Source of the DNA: a virus
Taxonomy: Duplodnaviria > Caudoviricetes
Length of the DNA stretch: 64,000 nt
Direction: 5' to 3' (one strand)
IMG/VR virus record: IMGVR_UViG_3300020577_003313
Positions 19,624 through 29,547 of the stretch are shown piece after piece (position 1 is the stretch's first letter; every line of letters starts with the position of its first letter). The position numbers were made by a program, and so were the translations under genes. Below the pieces are notes generated by a model, which ran no database searches, was not told where the DNA came from, and worked only from the letters and a program-made list of their open reading frames with translations.

Positions 19624-19846
19624 CTTCGTCTACCTTATATAGCCAAGGATTACTATAGAAAAATTCTGTAATGTTTAGAGCACTCTTAATAGCCTTACTA
19701 ACTTTTGCGTGGAATAAGGTATAGTCTAAACCAATGTCCTGGCAAACTGCGTCAGTACAATACTCAACTATTTGATCTCTAAACTCATTGAGTTCTTTTC
19801 TATTTATCTTCTTGAATTTTTTAGCAGCCATCTGATGCCTCATCAA
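19616..19846 (-). CDS. Hypothetical protein
   Basis: ORF packing. Confidence 0.5.
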   Translation of the reverse strand: MMRHQMAAKKFKKINRKELNEFRDQIVEYCTDAVCQDIGLDYTLFHAKVSKAIKSALNITEFFYSNPWLYKVDEDA

Positions 19847-20123
19847 ATTTACTAGGTCTTAGGGATAAATTAAACTCGTGAGCCTGCTCACTAGTTAACT
19901 CTTGTACATTAAGTACATCTCTGTAAAAGTCAATAGCGTTCTCACCTATTCCAGTTGATGATCCTGCATTGATACAGTTCTCAATATAGTCCATAGTTTC
20001 TGGATCTGATGAATGAACCATATCAATAAGTTTATTGAACGCGCTGTCTGTATCCTTAGCTTCAATGACTACATCAAAGTCGTGAGTAGTAGGTATCCAG
20101 CATGGTATTTTGAAAAAAGGCAT
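19821..20123 (-). CDS. Hypothetical protein
   Basis: ORF packing. Confidence 0.55.
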   Translation of the reverse strand: MPFFKIPCWIPTTHDFDVVIEAKDTDSAFNKLIDMVHSSDPETMDYIENCINAGSSTGIGENAIDFYRDVLNVQELTSEQAHEFNLSLRPSKFDEASDGC

Positions 20124-20124
20124 A

Positions 20125-20601
20125 TCAAGACTCCGGTAAGAACGTGTAGGTTGTTCTAAGTAGCTCTTGAGCTAGCTTGTATTTATCAAGCTTAGCTCCT
20201 TTCTGAAGCTCTACAGAGTTATTCTGGATGTCAAAATATTTGACAATCGCGACGATCTCGTTATTAGAGTCAATTATACCTCTAATGTACTCAGTGTAGT
20301 CGCCGTAGTTCTTCTTATTAAGAACATTACAGTTCACAATGACTGAAGGTCTTACATTGAACTTAGTTCTTAACTCTTCTTGAGTAACTTCACAATCTTC
20401 TAGCACGTCATGAAGAATAGCAGTCTGGTATACTACATCTTCGTCTACATCTAGGTAGGCACAATTATTGACAAAGCTTAGAGCCTCCTTAGCTACTGCT
20501 ATAGGATGTACTATGTAAGCTTCTCCGCCCCATCTAGTTTGACCAAAATGTAAACTGGCGGCTATGTTCAGGACTTGTGCGTTTGTAGCGTATTCAGTCA
20601 T
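20125..20601 (-). CDS. HD-domain hydrolase, RelA/SpoT (small alarmone hydrolase/Mesh1-like)
   Basis: HFGQTR..G..YIVHPIAVA, ILHDVLED, VKYFD..NN. Confidence 0.8.
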   Translation of the reverse strand: MTEYATNAQVLNIAASLHFGQTRWGGEAYIVHPIAVAKEALSFVNNCAYLDVDEDVVYQTAILHDVLEDCEVTQEELRTKFNVRPSVIVNCNVLNKKNYGDYTEYIRGIIDSNNEIVAIVKYFDIQNNSVELQKGAKLDKYKLAQELLRTTYTFLPES

Positions 20602-20753
20602 TGTTCCTCGGGGGGAGTTAATTCGGTAACCCAGTATTCAGAATTTCTGATGCTGTACTCAGCATCAGCGTACTCTAATGCTTGCTCTGCATCCTCGAAA
20701 GGACCGTAATAGAAGAATCCGTCTACTGGATTACCGGAGATAATAATATGCAA
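20598..20753 (-). CDS. Small hypothetical protein (51 aa, not in ORF track)
   Basis: TTG start, MHIIISGNPVDGFFYYGPFED...; TGA overlaps the next ATG and the ORF fills the gap. Confidence 0.55.
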   Translation of the reverse strand: MHIIISGNPVDGFFYYGPFEDAEQALEYADAEYSIRNSEYWVTELTPPEEQ

Positions 20754-20756
20754 GCG

Positions 20757-21158
20757 TCAATCCTTAAAGATTACGTCCACATTAATTCTACCAAACAATT
20801 TTTTAAGAAGCTCTTCTCTTTCCTTACCCTTAGGCTCCGCAGCATCATTGATCCTGATAGCTTCAGATTCTATCTCGACCAATTTATCATACATCTTTTT
20901 TGCTTTCTTATTTTCTTTTAGATTAACTGTTTCGACATAAGTTAACTCGGAAGGAACTCCATATCCTTCTATGTCATTATTTTCTAGCTCGCAAAGCTGC
21001 TTGCAAGCAAAGCCTAGACAACACATTGATCCATATTCATTTCTTAGTGTTGAGTTGCAGAATCCTGCGCGATCTTCTCCACGCAGCCACTTCTTACGTC
21101 TAATAACTAACTTATTCTTTTTAGCCATGTTTTGTTTCCTCAGTAAATCTTTCGTCAA
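20757..21158 (-). CDS. Hypothetical phage protein (CCLG motif)
   Basis: WLRG...MCCLG...IND. Confidence 0.6.
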   Translation of the reverse strand: MTKDLLRKQNMAKKNKLVIRRKKWLRGEDRAGFCNSTLRNEYGSMCCLGFACKQLCELENNDIEGYGVPSELTYVETVNLKENKKAKKMYDKLVEIESEAIRINDAAEPKGKEREELLKKLFGRINVDVIFKD

Positions 21159-21417
21159 AAACTATTCTTTCTATCTTCGTTCTCTTAATAAAGATGTTTC
21201 TAGCTTTAAGAACGAACATTAACTGACTCATTTTAGAGCGAGCAATATCAAATTGCTTCGCGTGAGTAGTGAAATAAAAGTTATCACCAGATCCTAAAAT
21301 AGGATCATCTGTAATAGAACTAGTGTGCCATCCATAGGTCTTTGCTAGCTTAATGTACTCTTTCCTAGCAAGTTCTACAGAGTAAGGAACTGTAATATGT
21401 ATTTCGTAAGTGTACAT
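21121..21417 (-). CDS. Hypothetical phage protein
   Basis: YEIHITV...KIERIVFD. Confidence 0.6.
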   Translation of the reverse strand: MYTYEIHITVPYSVELARKEYIKLAKTYGWHTSSITDDPILGSGDNFYFTTHAKQFDIARSKMSQLMFVLKARNIFIKRTKIERIVFDERFTEETKHG

Positions 21418-21421
21418 TTAT

Positions 21422-21892
21422 TTAATCACACCTACCAAAGTCATCAGCGAGTCTGACTATATCAGACTCAGATAGAGTAGAGTACATATCTGCTCTTCTC
21501 CATACTTCAATTATCTCTAGCTCTTGCTTATTGCTGATGTTCTCTAATCTATGTAAGCATTTTCTACCTAATTGAAGTGTACTATGAACTTCATTGATAA
21601 AAAAGCTAGATATTACGAAGTCTGAAATAGTTGGATGTTTTAAGTTAGGATGAGTTAAATGTCCTACTAAGACTAGACCCTCGCCGGACTTATGTATCCA
21701 AGTCTCTGTTCTGTCTTTGTGATACTGGAGACTAGTCCTCGCTTTAGCGAAGACCTTTATTGTCTTAACGACAATCTCAGGGGAAACGTGAATAACACGC
21801 ATTTCACCCCATGGTCTATTTATTTGCATTCCGACTTTTAAATTGTCAGTCATCTTTTTTCTCAGTATGATATTGTGATATAAGGACCACAA
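21422..21892 (-). CDS. Cupin, mannose-6-phosphate isomerase type II C-terminal-like
   Basis: RPWG, SLQYH..RTETW, HRLEN, ESDIVRLADDFGR. Confidence 0.85.
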   Translation of the reverse strand: MWSLYHNIILRKKMTDNLKVGMQINRPWGEMRVIHVSPEIVVKTIKVFAKARTSLQYHKDRTETWIHKSGEGLVLVGHLTHPNLKHPTISDFVISSFFINEVHSTLQLGRKCLHRLENISNKQELEIIEVWRRADMYSTLSESDIVRLADDFGRCD

Positions 21893-22089
21893 GGAGGCAA
21901 GATCATAGGATCTTTTCTTTTAAAATCGCACTCCACTGTTCTGTAAGCTTCTACAGGTTTATCTCCAGGTTCGTAACCAACATAGTCTATTCGACTTCCT
22001 GTGGGCCATTCCCCATATAACCTTACATCTAAGTCTCCATACTTATACTTGAGGTTATTAAGCTTTTCTACTAGTTCTGTGATAGTCAT
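21862..22089 (-). CDS. Hypothetical protein
   Basis: MTITELVEKL...YGDLDV, a common phage small-protein start. Confidence 0.55.
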   Translation of the reverse strand: MTITELVEKLNNLKYKYGDLDVRLYGEWPTGSRIDYVGYEPGDKPVEAYRTVECDFKRKDPMILPPCGPYITISY

Positions 22090-22265
22090 TGTTGAGCTGA
22101 TTCAAGTCTTTCTACCCTATACTTAAGTTCTAATATCAAATCTACAAGCTCGCAATAGTTTCTTTCCATTTGATAAAAAGTCCTAGGGTCTTTTCTTTTG
22201 AGTTCAATATCAGCTAATCTTTGTTTTTCACGGTCTGCTTCAATTAAGTCGTCGTAATGTCCCAT
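22086..22265 (-). CDS. Small hypothetical protein (59 aa, not in ORF track)
   Basis: MGHYDDLIEADREK...; ATGA overlap with the next gene. Confidence 0.55.
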   Translation of the reverse strand: MGHYDDLIEADREKQRLADIELKRKDPRTFYQMERNYCELVDLILELKYRVERLESAQQ

Positions 22266-22302
22266 TTAGTCTTTTGCCCTCGGATACTATGTCTAAAGTA
22301 AT

Positions 22303-22331
22303 AAAAAAAGAGCACCATTTCTGGTGCTCTT
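22303..22331 (-). terminator. Intrinsic terminator after nrdJ
   Basis: AAGAGCACCA-GAAA-TGGTGCTCTT hairpin followed by a T run. Confidence 0.85.
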
Positions 22332-22364
22332 AAAGTGACTCCCCACTAAGGTTACTTTTTACTT

Positions 22365-25316
22365 TTAAATGGAGCACGAGTCATTCGTGCAAAATCTTTC
22401 GCCTTTGCTCTCTTCTTTACCATCTCTCAGGTCTAATTCTCCTAGAGAATTAACATATTCATCATACTCTTGTTCTGTACAAGTTTGATACGGAGCCTGA
22501 GGATAGTTGTGATTATCCAATGGTAGGAAAGACAGAGTCTTTACATAAGGAGCGAAATATTCAATCGCGCCTAATAGATCTTTCACCTCTTCAGGTTTAA
22601 AAGTTATCGTGCAAGACACTGAGTTATCCGACCAATAATATTGTAGTTCTTTTACTAGAGTAAGCTGTTCCCATAGAGAGATGTCATACTTGCTCTTAGT
22701 AAAGTTACTTTCCCTTACAGGGAAGTAAACTACCATTGTATTCTTGTCCGTTAAAGAAGGTTCTATTCTATACCTTGCTGCTGCTAGTTTCTTTAGCAGT
22801 GGACTATTTGCGGCAACTCTAATAGTTCTCATATAGAACTCACTGTGGGTACAGTGTACACCAGGAGTCGCGCCTGCTAGTAAGCTAATAGTTCCACTAG
22901 GCTTAATAGTAGTAATCTTAAGTGATGTAGGTACGCCTAACCATCTAGAATAGATGGTATCCCAGTAATCTACAGTCTCGTAACCCTTGTCACAGAACTC
23001 AGATAGATACTTCTGAATACCAAATTTCTTAATAGCTTGCTGAATACCTGACTGAGAAGTTCCAATGCGACGATTACGGAGCATTACTTGATTAGTAGCT
23101 TCGCAGTGAGTAGGCACAAGAGTTACACTCTTCGCATACAGATACGCATACTTTAGCGTCTCGTGATAGTCTTCTGAGTTATCATGATTAGCCGGGAAAG
23201 TCTCTACTAAGCAGCACATCTCTTTGTCGTGTAGAGTCATCTCCGCGCACGGATTTACTCCAACACAATCGTCATACTTCGGATGCTTAATTTCTCTTCT
23301 TCCATCCTTAACTCGTCCAAAATGTTGGCAGTTTTCCAGTAGAATAATTCCTGGCTCACCATTCTTAGTGATGTTACCAATAATTCTGCTGAAGTTTGAA
23401 TCAGGATTTGCAGTAACAGAGTTGTTACTCATCCATCTTCTATCAGCACATTCGTCTGGATACTTTGTATAGTCTTTCATTTCTATGAACTTAGTATCTT
23501 CGATACGACCCATAGAAAGTTCGGCGCTTCTTCTTACATTACCAGCTACAACAAACTTACCGATATAATTCATGATATCGGTAATACCTACAGAATCTAA
23601 TATCTTACCATCATAGCTATCTAATAGTTTTGTGATGTTTGCGTGCCCTTCCCTTAAGGGGGCAGGACCGCTAGCTGTTCCGCCAAAGCCTTTAATAGGC
23701 GCACCTGGTCCTCTTATTTGATCATAATTGAATATGAACCATTCTTTTCTATCTTTCTGTATGTAATTATTTAGTAACAGTCTAATAGATTCTACCCAGC
23801 CTTCTCTTGAATCTGGTATAACGTAAGTAGTTAGAGGTATAGCTACATTGTAATCAGTAGGACACTTACTTATTTGTACCTTACCAGCGCCGAGTGTATC
23901 ATATCCTACACCAACACCAAGCATTAGCATGTCACAGGCCCATGCAAATGGGCCAGCAAAGTCCTTATCTATATCCTTAGTGCTAACAGTCGCACAATTA
24001 GATGTTAGTATATTATCAGCAAGAGTAAATTTTTGATATCCTGGAACAGTTGCACAATATACTATCTCTTTTCTATCTGTTTTCTCTACAGATATAACAG
24101 TCCAATATTGTAATTTTACTTCTGGATTATCTAAAAATCTTTCTCTGTGCGAATCTATTAAAAAGAAATCTTCAGTAAGTGCATTTCTATGCAAAACTAT
24201 GGACCATAACCTAGAAGGTTTGTTAGTTAAGTTAGATATTCTATCTTCTTTAGTTGGTCCATATATAGGAATACCTAAAACTGAACAAAGTTCTCTTACC
24301 TTTAAGATATTATTTTCATTTGTACTCTCTATAGAACAGCATCCAGACTTAGATACTGTACCATCAGCAGCAAAATATCCTGCTAAGAATCCATACAGAT
24401 AAGATTTATTTTCTTCTAAAGATGGAAATTCTTTAAAATAATTTGGTAGTCCGACTACTCTAATATCCTGACCTGCCTTCTGGCGGTTACAATTATTAAA
24501 ATAATCTAATAGCTGTAAGTTCTTTTCTCCACACAAAGTAACTCCGGCGGTAGCTCTTAAAGAAGCAGAAGAAAGGTTACCGTCTCCATATGTAATGCCA
24601 TGGGCTATTCCAAATGCAGAAGGGGTAATATCTTTTACTCCTTGTCCAAAGCAATATTGTAGTCTATGTATTCCCGGTCTTAATTCTACTGTAGTGAATC
24701 TAGAATAACCTTTACTTCTATATTCCTGTCTTCTATCTTTAGCAAACCAGCCATGGTCTGCTGTGGCAAATATTTCCTTTCTTAATCCAGAACGACTAAG
24801 AGTTATTTTATATAGTTCTTGGGATCCAAATGCTGTAATTGGAGCTTTTACCCACTTGCCGCCTTCTGTTAAAAGTGTAGGCTCAGTTCCTTGTAACTGA
24901 GATATTTGTTTAATGCCTTCTGAAGTAATAACTTCAGTCTCGGCAGCAAAGCAGTTATTTAGTGCAGCAGAGCCAATCCTATCTACAATAGGAGTGCCCA
25001 TAATCCACAGTCCTCTGCCAGGAGGTAGGAACTTAAAGTTCCACATCCTCTCGAACATAGCCTGTGCAGATTTTTGAGCTTTAGCAGCATCCCAAGGTAG
25101 ATGAGAATTTTTACAGTGTCTCATCTGGATAGTGAAAGAACCTTCTACACAACGCTTAATCGTGTCAAAAAATTCTTCACTAGTTCCATCTTCTTTGAGT
25201 CTTGAGTAGGTTCTCTTATAGGTAAAGTAACTGAGGGTTCCAAACCCCCAAGATGGTTGCTTACCTTGATATTTTCTTAGAAAATTTTCAGTTAATTTGA
25301 ATCTAGTTTCGGTCAT
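22365..25316 (-). CDS. nrdJ: Class II (B12-dependent) ribonucleoside-triphosphate reductase, intein-containing
   Basis: PPGRGLW, NNC, GVG, GNVRRSA, NPCAE, TIKPSGT, C-terminal CxxxxC. Confidence 0.93.
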   Translation of the reverse strand: MTETRFKLTENFLRKYQGKQPSWGFGTLSYFTYKRTYSRLKEDGTSEEFFDTIKRCVEGSFTIQMRHCKNSHLPWDAAKAQKSAQAMFERMWNFKFLPPGRGLWIMGTPIVDRIGSAALNNCFAAETEVITSEGIKQISQLQGTEPTLLTEGGKWVKAPITAFGSQELYKITLSRSGLRKEIFATADHGWFAKDRRQEYRSKGYSRFTTVELRPGIHRLQYCFGQGVKDITPSAFGIAHGITYGDGNLSSASLRATAGVTLCGEKNLQLLDYFNNCNRQKAGQDIRVVGLPNYFKEFPSLEENKSYLYGFLAGYFAADGTVSKSGCCSIESTNENNILKVRELCSVLGIPIYGPTKEDRISNLTNKPSRLWSIVLHRNALTEDFFLIDSHRERFLDNPEVKLQYWTVISVEKTDRKEIVYCATVPGYQKFTLADNILTSNCATVSTKDIDKDFAGPFAWACDMLMLGVGVGYDTLGAGKVQISKCPTDYNVAIPLTTYVIPDSREGWVESIRLLLNNYIQKDRKEWFIFNYDQIRGPGAPIKGFGGTASGPAPLREGHANITKLLDSYDGKILDSVGITDIMNYIGKFVVAGNVRRSAELSMGRIEDTKFIEMKDYTKYPDECADRRWMSNNSVTANPDSNFSRIIGNITKNGEPGIILLENCQHFGRVKDGRREIKHPKYDDCVGVNPCAEMTLHDKEMCCLVETFPANHDNSEDYHETLKYAYLYAKSVTLVPTHCEATNQVMLRNRRIGTSQSGIQQAIKKFGIQKYLSEFCDKGYETVDYWDTIYSRWLGVPTSLKITTIKPSGTISLLAGATPGVHCTHSEFYMRTIRVAANSPLLKKLAAARYRIEPSLTDKNTMVVYFPVRESNFTKSKYDISLWEQLTLVKELQYYWSDNSVSCTITFKPEEVKDLLGAIEYFAPYVKTLSFLPLDNHNYPQAPYQTCTEQEYDEYVNSLGELDLRDGKEESKGERFCTNDSCSI
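23997..24953 (-). mobile_element. Intein (319 aa) with LAGLIDADG homing endonuclease in nrdJ
   Basis: Starts CFAAETEV after AALNN, ends ILTSN before C+1; blocks GITYGDG and LAGYFAADG. Confidence 0.9.
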
Positions 25317-25345
25317 TTTATTGTTAACAACTATTGAAAGGTTAC

Positions 25346-25798
25346 TTATTTGTTCGGTTCTTTTTCTATTTGAAAGTAATCAATCAAATCCCCAGTCGCA
25401 ATCAGAACTCTTTCTGGAAGAGAAAAGTACGTGTCAAGAAATGCTTCTATATAAGCAGTTTTCCAAGTATAGTACATATCAATCACGTCTGGCGTGGTAT
25501 ATGTCATATCCTTGTATTTAGAATAGTCAAATATTTTACCACAATGATAACATTTTGATGCAGTAAATTGCGTCTTATTAATCCTTATTGCTTTCATTTC
25601 ATAGTGCTTACAACAATAAGGACAGATGACTTTAACATCTCTTATGGCATTATAGTCGTAGTCATCGTCTTGTGAATTATAACACTTAGTAATCTGAACT
25701 ATACTATCTAAGTTTATACCTTTAGTAAATTCTCGAAACTGGTCTAGAGTGTTAAATAGACAGAATTTGTTTTTCTGTTCTGGAGTTCTTAGAGTCAT
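25346..25798 (-). CDS. Zn-ribbon hypothetical protein
   Basis: CPYC...CYHC. Confidence 0.6.
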   Translation of the reverse strand: MTLRTPEQKNKFCLFNTLDQFREFTKGINLDSIVQITKCYNSQDDDYDYNAIRDVKVICPYCCKHYEMKAIRINKTQFTASKCYHCGKIFDYSKYKDMTYTTPDVIDMYYTWKTAYIEAFLDTYFSLPERVLIATGDLIDYFQIEKEPNK

Positions 25799-26138
25799 TG
25801 TACATAATAGCCATTATGGTGTAAACGATAGCCCCGATCGCATCTGTGCGCCACTTGTTACAGCTTACATTAAACTTCTCGATAGAACCATCTTCTAAGG
25901 CTTCATCAATGTTTTTTGAATGGGTCTTAAGTTCCATTAACTTTTTAATGGCTTGACCAATTGAAAATCCATTGCCTACATTATCTGCAATGATTCTCCA
26001 CGGCTGATCTTTGAAGTCACAGTTATGCCCGTGTCTTTCTTTGCCTTTTCCTCTAGTAACTTGATTTAATACTTCAGAGAGTATGCTTTCAAAATGTTTC
26101 TCCGAAAGCAGCTCAATCTTATCCTGTGCCTTGTCCAT
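25752..26138 (-). CDS. Conserved phage hypothetical protein
   Basis: GKGKERH...F.DQP...GQAIKK...GAIVY. Confidence 0.65.
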   Translation of the reverse strand: MDKAQDKIELLSEKHFESILSEVLNQVTRGKGKERHGHNCDFKDQPWRIIADNVGNGFSIGQAIKKLMELKTHSKNIDEALEDGSIEKFNVSCNKWRTDAIGAIVYTIMAIMYNDSKNSRTEKQILSI

Positions 26139-26139
26139 T

Positions 26140-26541
26140 TTATTCTCCGGGCCTAATAATCATCTCGTCACATTTTCTAATGAGAATGTAGAATTGTTCT
26201 CTAGGTTTATTATTCTCATTGAGGTTCAATTCAATGAACCAATTAGGAGCTTTATTTAGAATATCTTGTAGTGTCTTAGACACCTTGTCTCCTATTTCTA
26301 TATCCAGAAAGAGATCAGCTTTTGTAAAATCTTGTTCTTCATTTCTGTCAAGATGATCTCCTATTGAGGAGATCACAATACGCTGGAAGTTAGGAGCTCT
26401 TCTAGCATAGCGCATAAACATATTATTGATGTAGTATTGTTTAATAATATCATACATCTCTGCTTCCTTCTCGACTTCTTTAGAGAAGTCAAGAACTAGA
26501 GAGAAATGTTTAGTATCAAATCTACCCGTTATTTTATGCAT
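26140..26541 (-). CDS. Hypothetical protein
   Basis: ORF packing. Confidence 0.55.
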   Translation of the reverse strand: MHKITGRFDTKHFSLVLDFSKEVEKEAEMYDIIKQYYINNMFMRYARRAPNFQRIVISSIGDHLDRNEEQDFTKADLFLDIEIGDKVSKTLQDILNKAPNWFIELNLNENNKPREQFYILIRKCDEMIIRPGE

Positions 26542-26558
26542 TCATCCCATGTTGTTCA

Positions 26559-27167
26559 TCAGAAACTCTGATCAAACTGTTTCGCAAAAAAACAAGCTAA
26601 GCGAACAGGATCATTTTTCTGTGCTATCACAGCGATAGAGCGGTATGTTTCAAATGGTGGTCGCGCTCTATCTTTTACCGCTTTATAGTAAAGCAGCTGA
26701 ACCTGGTCTCTGATATCTAAATCAGAGATATACTTGATAGACTGTTCTGCATAATCTTTCAAGTATCCAGGTAACTTTAGTTTTAGATTTGACACAGTCT
26801 GAAACATGTCTGCTCGTTTATCAAACCAATCCTTCAGATTGGCTAAAGGCATGATAACAAACTGATCGTCAAACGTTGTAATTGGATTAACTATTTGGAG
26901 AGACAGCACAAGAAACTTTACATCCTTATGCCGTCCCTTCATCAAATTTTTATACTTGTTGATCCAAGGTTGTTTTGCTCTATATTTACATTCTGCTACT
27001 AGACCTACAGTTGGAAACGCCTTAGTCATTGTCTGATCTAAAGGAGCAATCACGTCAGGCAAGGACTCACTAAAGTCCCCGCCTCTGTGAATTCTTATAC
27101 CCTTCAAGATCTCGGCCGTTGTCTTTTCAAGGTTTTTCCAAGCTGTAGACCTAGGCATAGCTATCAC
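26559..27167 (-). CDS. PD-(D/E)XK nuclease, Holliday junction resolvase-like
   Basis: WKNLE...PDV...ECKYR. Confidence 0.6.
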   Translation of the reverse strand: MIAMPRSTAWKNLEKTTAEILKGIRIHRGGDFSESLPDVIAPLDQTMTKAFPTVGLVAECKYRAKQPWINKYKNLMKGRHKDVKFLVLSLQIVNPITTFDDQFVIMPLANLKDWFDKRADMFQTVSNLKLKLPGYLKDYAEQSIKYISDLDIRDQVQLLYYKAVKDRARPPFETYRSIAVIAQKNDPVRLACFFAKQFDQSF

Positions 27168-27565
27168 CAGTCAGACTTGGAAGAAGTCTTTGAGCTATTT
27201 TTAGCAGGAGTGCTATTAGAGTTGCTTGGCTTAGTATTGCTACTATTCTTAACAGAACCTCCAGCATCGCACTCTCTCTTTACTTGTTCAATAATGGCTT
27301 TTACAGATTCACTATCTCTTTCTGAAGGAAATAGCTTGATGAATTGGATCTTAGCATCCTCGCCATCCTTAGTCTTGAAGTCTCTGTAAGGAGACGATAC
27401 ATATAAGGCGCCAGCCTTAGACTTAGATAGCTTAAGATCTGAGAGAGCCACGATGCAGGTACCGTCTACATAGACTTCTAGTCCGAATGTAGCTAGGATA
27501 CCGAACTTTCTTTGATTCTCATTGCCAGATCTGGCTTTGACTACTTTAAACTCAACGTCACTCAT
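27164..27565 (-). CDS. SpoVG-like nucleic-acid-binding protein (possible SSB)
   Basis: LKLSKSKAGALYVSSP..FKTKDG; low-complexity tail ending in DW. Confidence 0.5.
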   Translation of the reverse strand: MSDVEFKVVKARSGNENQRKFGILATFGLEVYVDGTCIVALSDLKLSKSKAGALYVSSPYRDFKTKDGEDAKIQFIKLFPSERDSESVKAIIEQVKRECDAGGSVKNSSNTKPSNSNSTPAKNSSKTSSKSDW

Positions 27566-27573
27566 GGTATTAA

Positions 27574-28084
27574 TTAAATTGCTTGTTCTTCTGTATCTTC
27601 TGCATCATCTTCAGATAATGCTTCTTTGATTACACCTTTTTCAAGGCTAACCTTGTCAACTAACTTTCCAAGTTCAGCCAGCAAATTGCTATCCTTGGAA
27701 AAAATTGATATTACTTCCTCTTTGCCCTGTACTTTTTCACTAAAGAGAGGACACTCATAGTAAGCTCCTCGTCTTGTAATGATATCAAGTCCCATGGCAG
27801 CAGAGATAGTACTTAGTACGGAATCAAATCCTCTTCCGTAGTAGAATGGAAGTAGAATCTCTTGAGATTCTGATCCATTAAGTCTTGTCTTATCTACCTT
27901 TAGGGCGCAGGCCCAGCCTGGATGTTTCTCTCTAACTTTACCGTCTAGTCCAGAAACTTTGATTGGCTTCGGCCAATCATTCTTAGGACCTCTGCGCATC
28001 TTAAGTCTTAGATGTGCCCAGTGCTTTACTGAGTTACCACCCTTGACTTCCTCAAGGGACACATTTGCAGATGGTACAGTGTAT
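27574..28084 (-). CDS. recA: RecA-like recombinase, exon 2
   Basis: (V)YTVPSANVSLEEVKGGNSVKHWAHLRL, VDKTR, GAYY, QGKE; in frame with exon 1 after intron removal. Confidence 0.88.
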
Positions 28085-28922
28085 CATTTATGTTCAGTAA
28101 AGCTCGTTAGTTCTTTACCCGGATAGTTAATCCAGCTATACATTACTGTATAGATCAGACTATATCTTGATCCTTTCGGATCTCTTCCATTTCGGATCAC
28201 TTGATCCTACTCCCTTTCGGGATAGTCGTTGAAGTTTCTAAGATACACTTTTTTAATCCATTCCTTCCATTCCGTCAGCGACATATCATTTTTTGAGATG
28301 TTACAGATAGAACAACAAGGAACGCAATTTTTAATTGTGTAGCCAACTGAAGAATCTATTCTGTCTATTCCTGAATAGATAAAAGTCTGAGACCTTTCAG
28401 GTCTAAATATTCTACCTTTTCGTTTTTTAGAAGATACCTTATTTGAAGGTGCTGATCCACAGTATGAGCAATTTTTAGATAATATATCTAATATCTGTTC
28501 TTCTGTGAGATCAAACTGTAATCCTTTTTTACTAGCGTTAGCTTTGTAAGATAGTATCACAGATCTTTTTAGCGAAAGTTGATTTGGTAGTGTATTTAGT
28601 ATCAAATGTGAGCAGCCACAGCTAGGGTACTTAGTAGTTTTTAGATTTGTAGATGATCGCATGGTTATTTTGCCACACTTACATCTACATCTCCATAAAG
28701 ACTTACTAGTATCGTAATCTAGTACAGTAACTGCTCCAAAAATTTGATTAGGCTGTATAGAACGTTTGCTCATTGGTTCAGATACCTCTGTGCCATTTGC
28801 AACTGTTCTATTCATCTTAGCTTACCTGCTGATTGTCCCAAGTTTGTACCTACTTTCTTGGGAGTTTCCAGCAATTAAAAAGAATTCACGCAGCACATTT
28901 CTGTACTGGTGGGCAATTATTT
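28085..28922 (-). mobile_element. Group I self-splicing intron (838 nt) in recA
   Basis: P1 GGU^AA-AUAA-UUGCC with U.G at the splice site; P AAUUGCUGGAAA; Q AAUCAGCAG; R UUCAACGACUA; S AAGAUAUAGUCU; terminal G; splicing restores a 376-aa ORF. Confidence 0.92.
28207..28815 (-). CDS. Intron-encoded HNH-type homing endonuclease
   Basis: WRCRCKCG...SCGC, CSYCG, GIDRIDSSVGY..NCVPCCSICN; its 3' end overlaps the intron R element. Confidence 0.85.
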   Translation of the reverse strand: MNRTVANGTEVSEPMSKRSIQPNQIFGAVTVLDYDTSKSLWRCRCKCGKITMRSSTNLKTTKYPSCGCSHLILNTLPNQLSLKRSVILSYKANASKKGLQFDLTEEQILDILSKNCSYCGSAPSNKVSSKKRKGRIFRPERSQTFIYSGIDRIDSSVGYTIKNCVPCCSICNISKNDMSLTEWKEWIKKVYLRNFNDYPERE

Positions 28923-29542
28923 ACCTGGCCAATCATTACAACGGCGCAGCCTTTGTACCCACTAGACAGATTTCTATTGACGATAACGTTAGCCTTTCTA
29001 AAGAACTCGCCGAGCTTTCTCTGAAGATTCAACATGTTGTTGTCCTCTAGAGACTTTTCTTCCTTACCTGACATCACGTCTCCCTTAGGGAGCATGGCTC
29101 CAATGGAGTCAATTACCCACATGTCAATGGCTTCGCTCTTTAGAAGTTCAAGAGCTATGTCCATCATTTTTTCCATAGTATTGATTTCTTTGGTATACTG
29201 ATGGAAAATAGTTCTCTCTAGATCCAGACCTAGCTTTGCGGCCCAGCTTTTATCAAAGCTGTTCTCAAAGTCACTCCACATGACTACGAAATTTGGATCA
29301 ATAGATTGATTGTGCGCAGCTAGCTGTACGCAGAATGCGCCCTTACCAACGTGCTCTGGGCCAGCTATGACAGTATAGCGTCCTCTCGGGACGCCTTTTA
29401 TCAAGGCGTTTACAGAAGCAAACGGTGTTGAGATTGTTTCAAAATCAGAAAGCTCTGAACCTAGAACTAGAGTCTTAGCTTTATGTTTTGTGTTAAGCTT
29501 TTCAGCTAACTTCGCAAGTTTATTTTGTTTATCTTTATCCAT
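28923..29542 (-). CDS. recA: RecA-like recombinase, exon 1
   Basis: GVPRGR, Walker A GPEHVGKG, DFENSFD, VIDSIGAMLP, ends MIGQ-V. Confidence 0.9.
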
Positions 29543-29547
29543 AATGA

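Noticed and set aside
28886-28922. C-terminus NNCPPVQKCAA of the recA ORF, and recA as a pseudogene
   Set aside because: This is read-through into the intron; splicing restores the frame.
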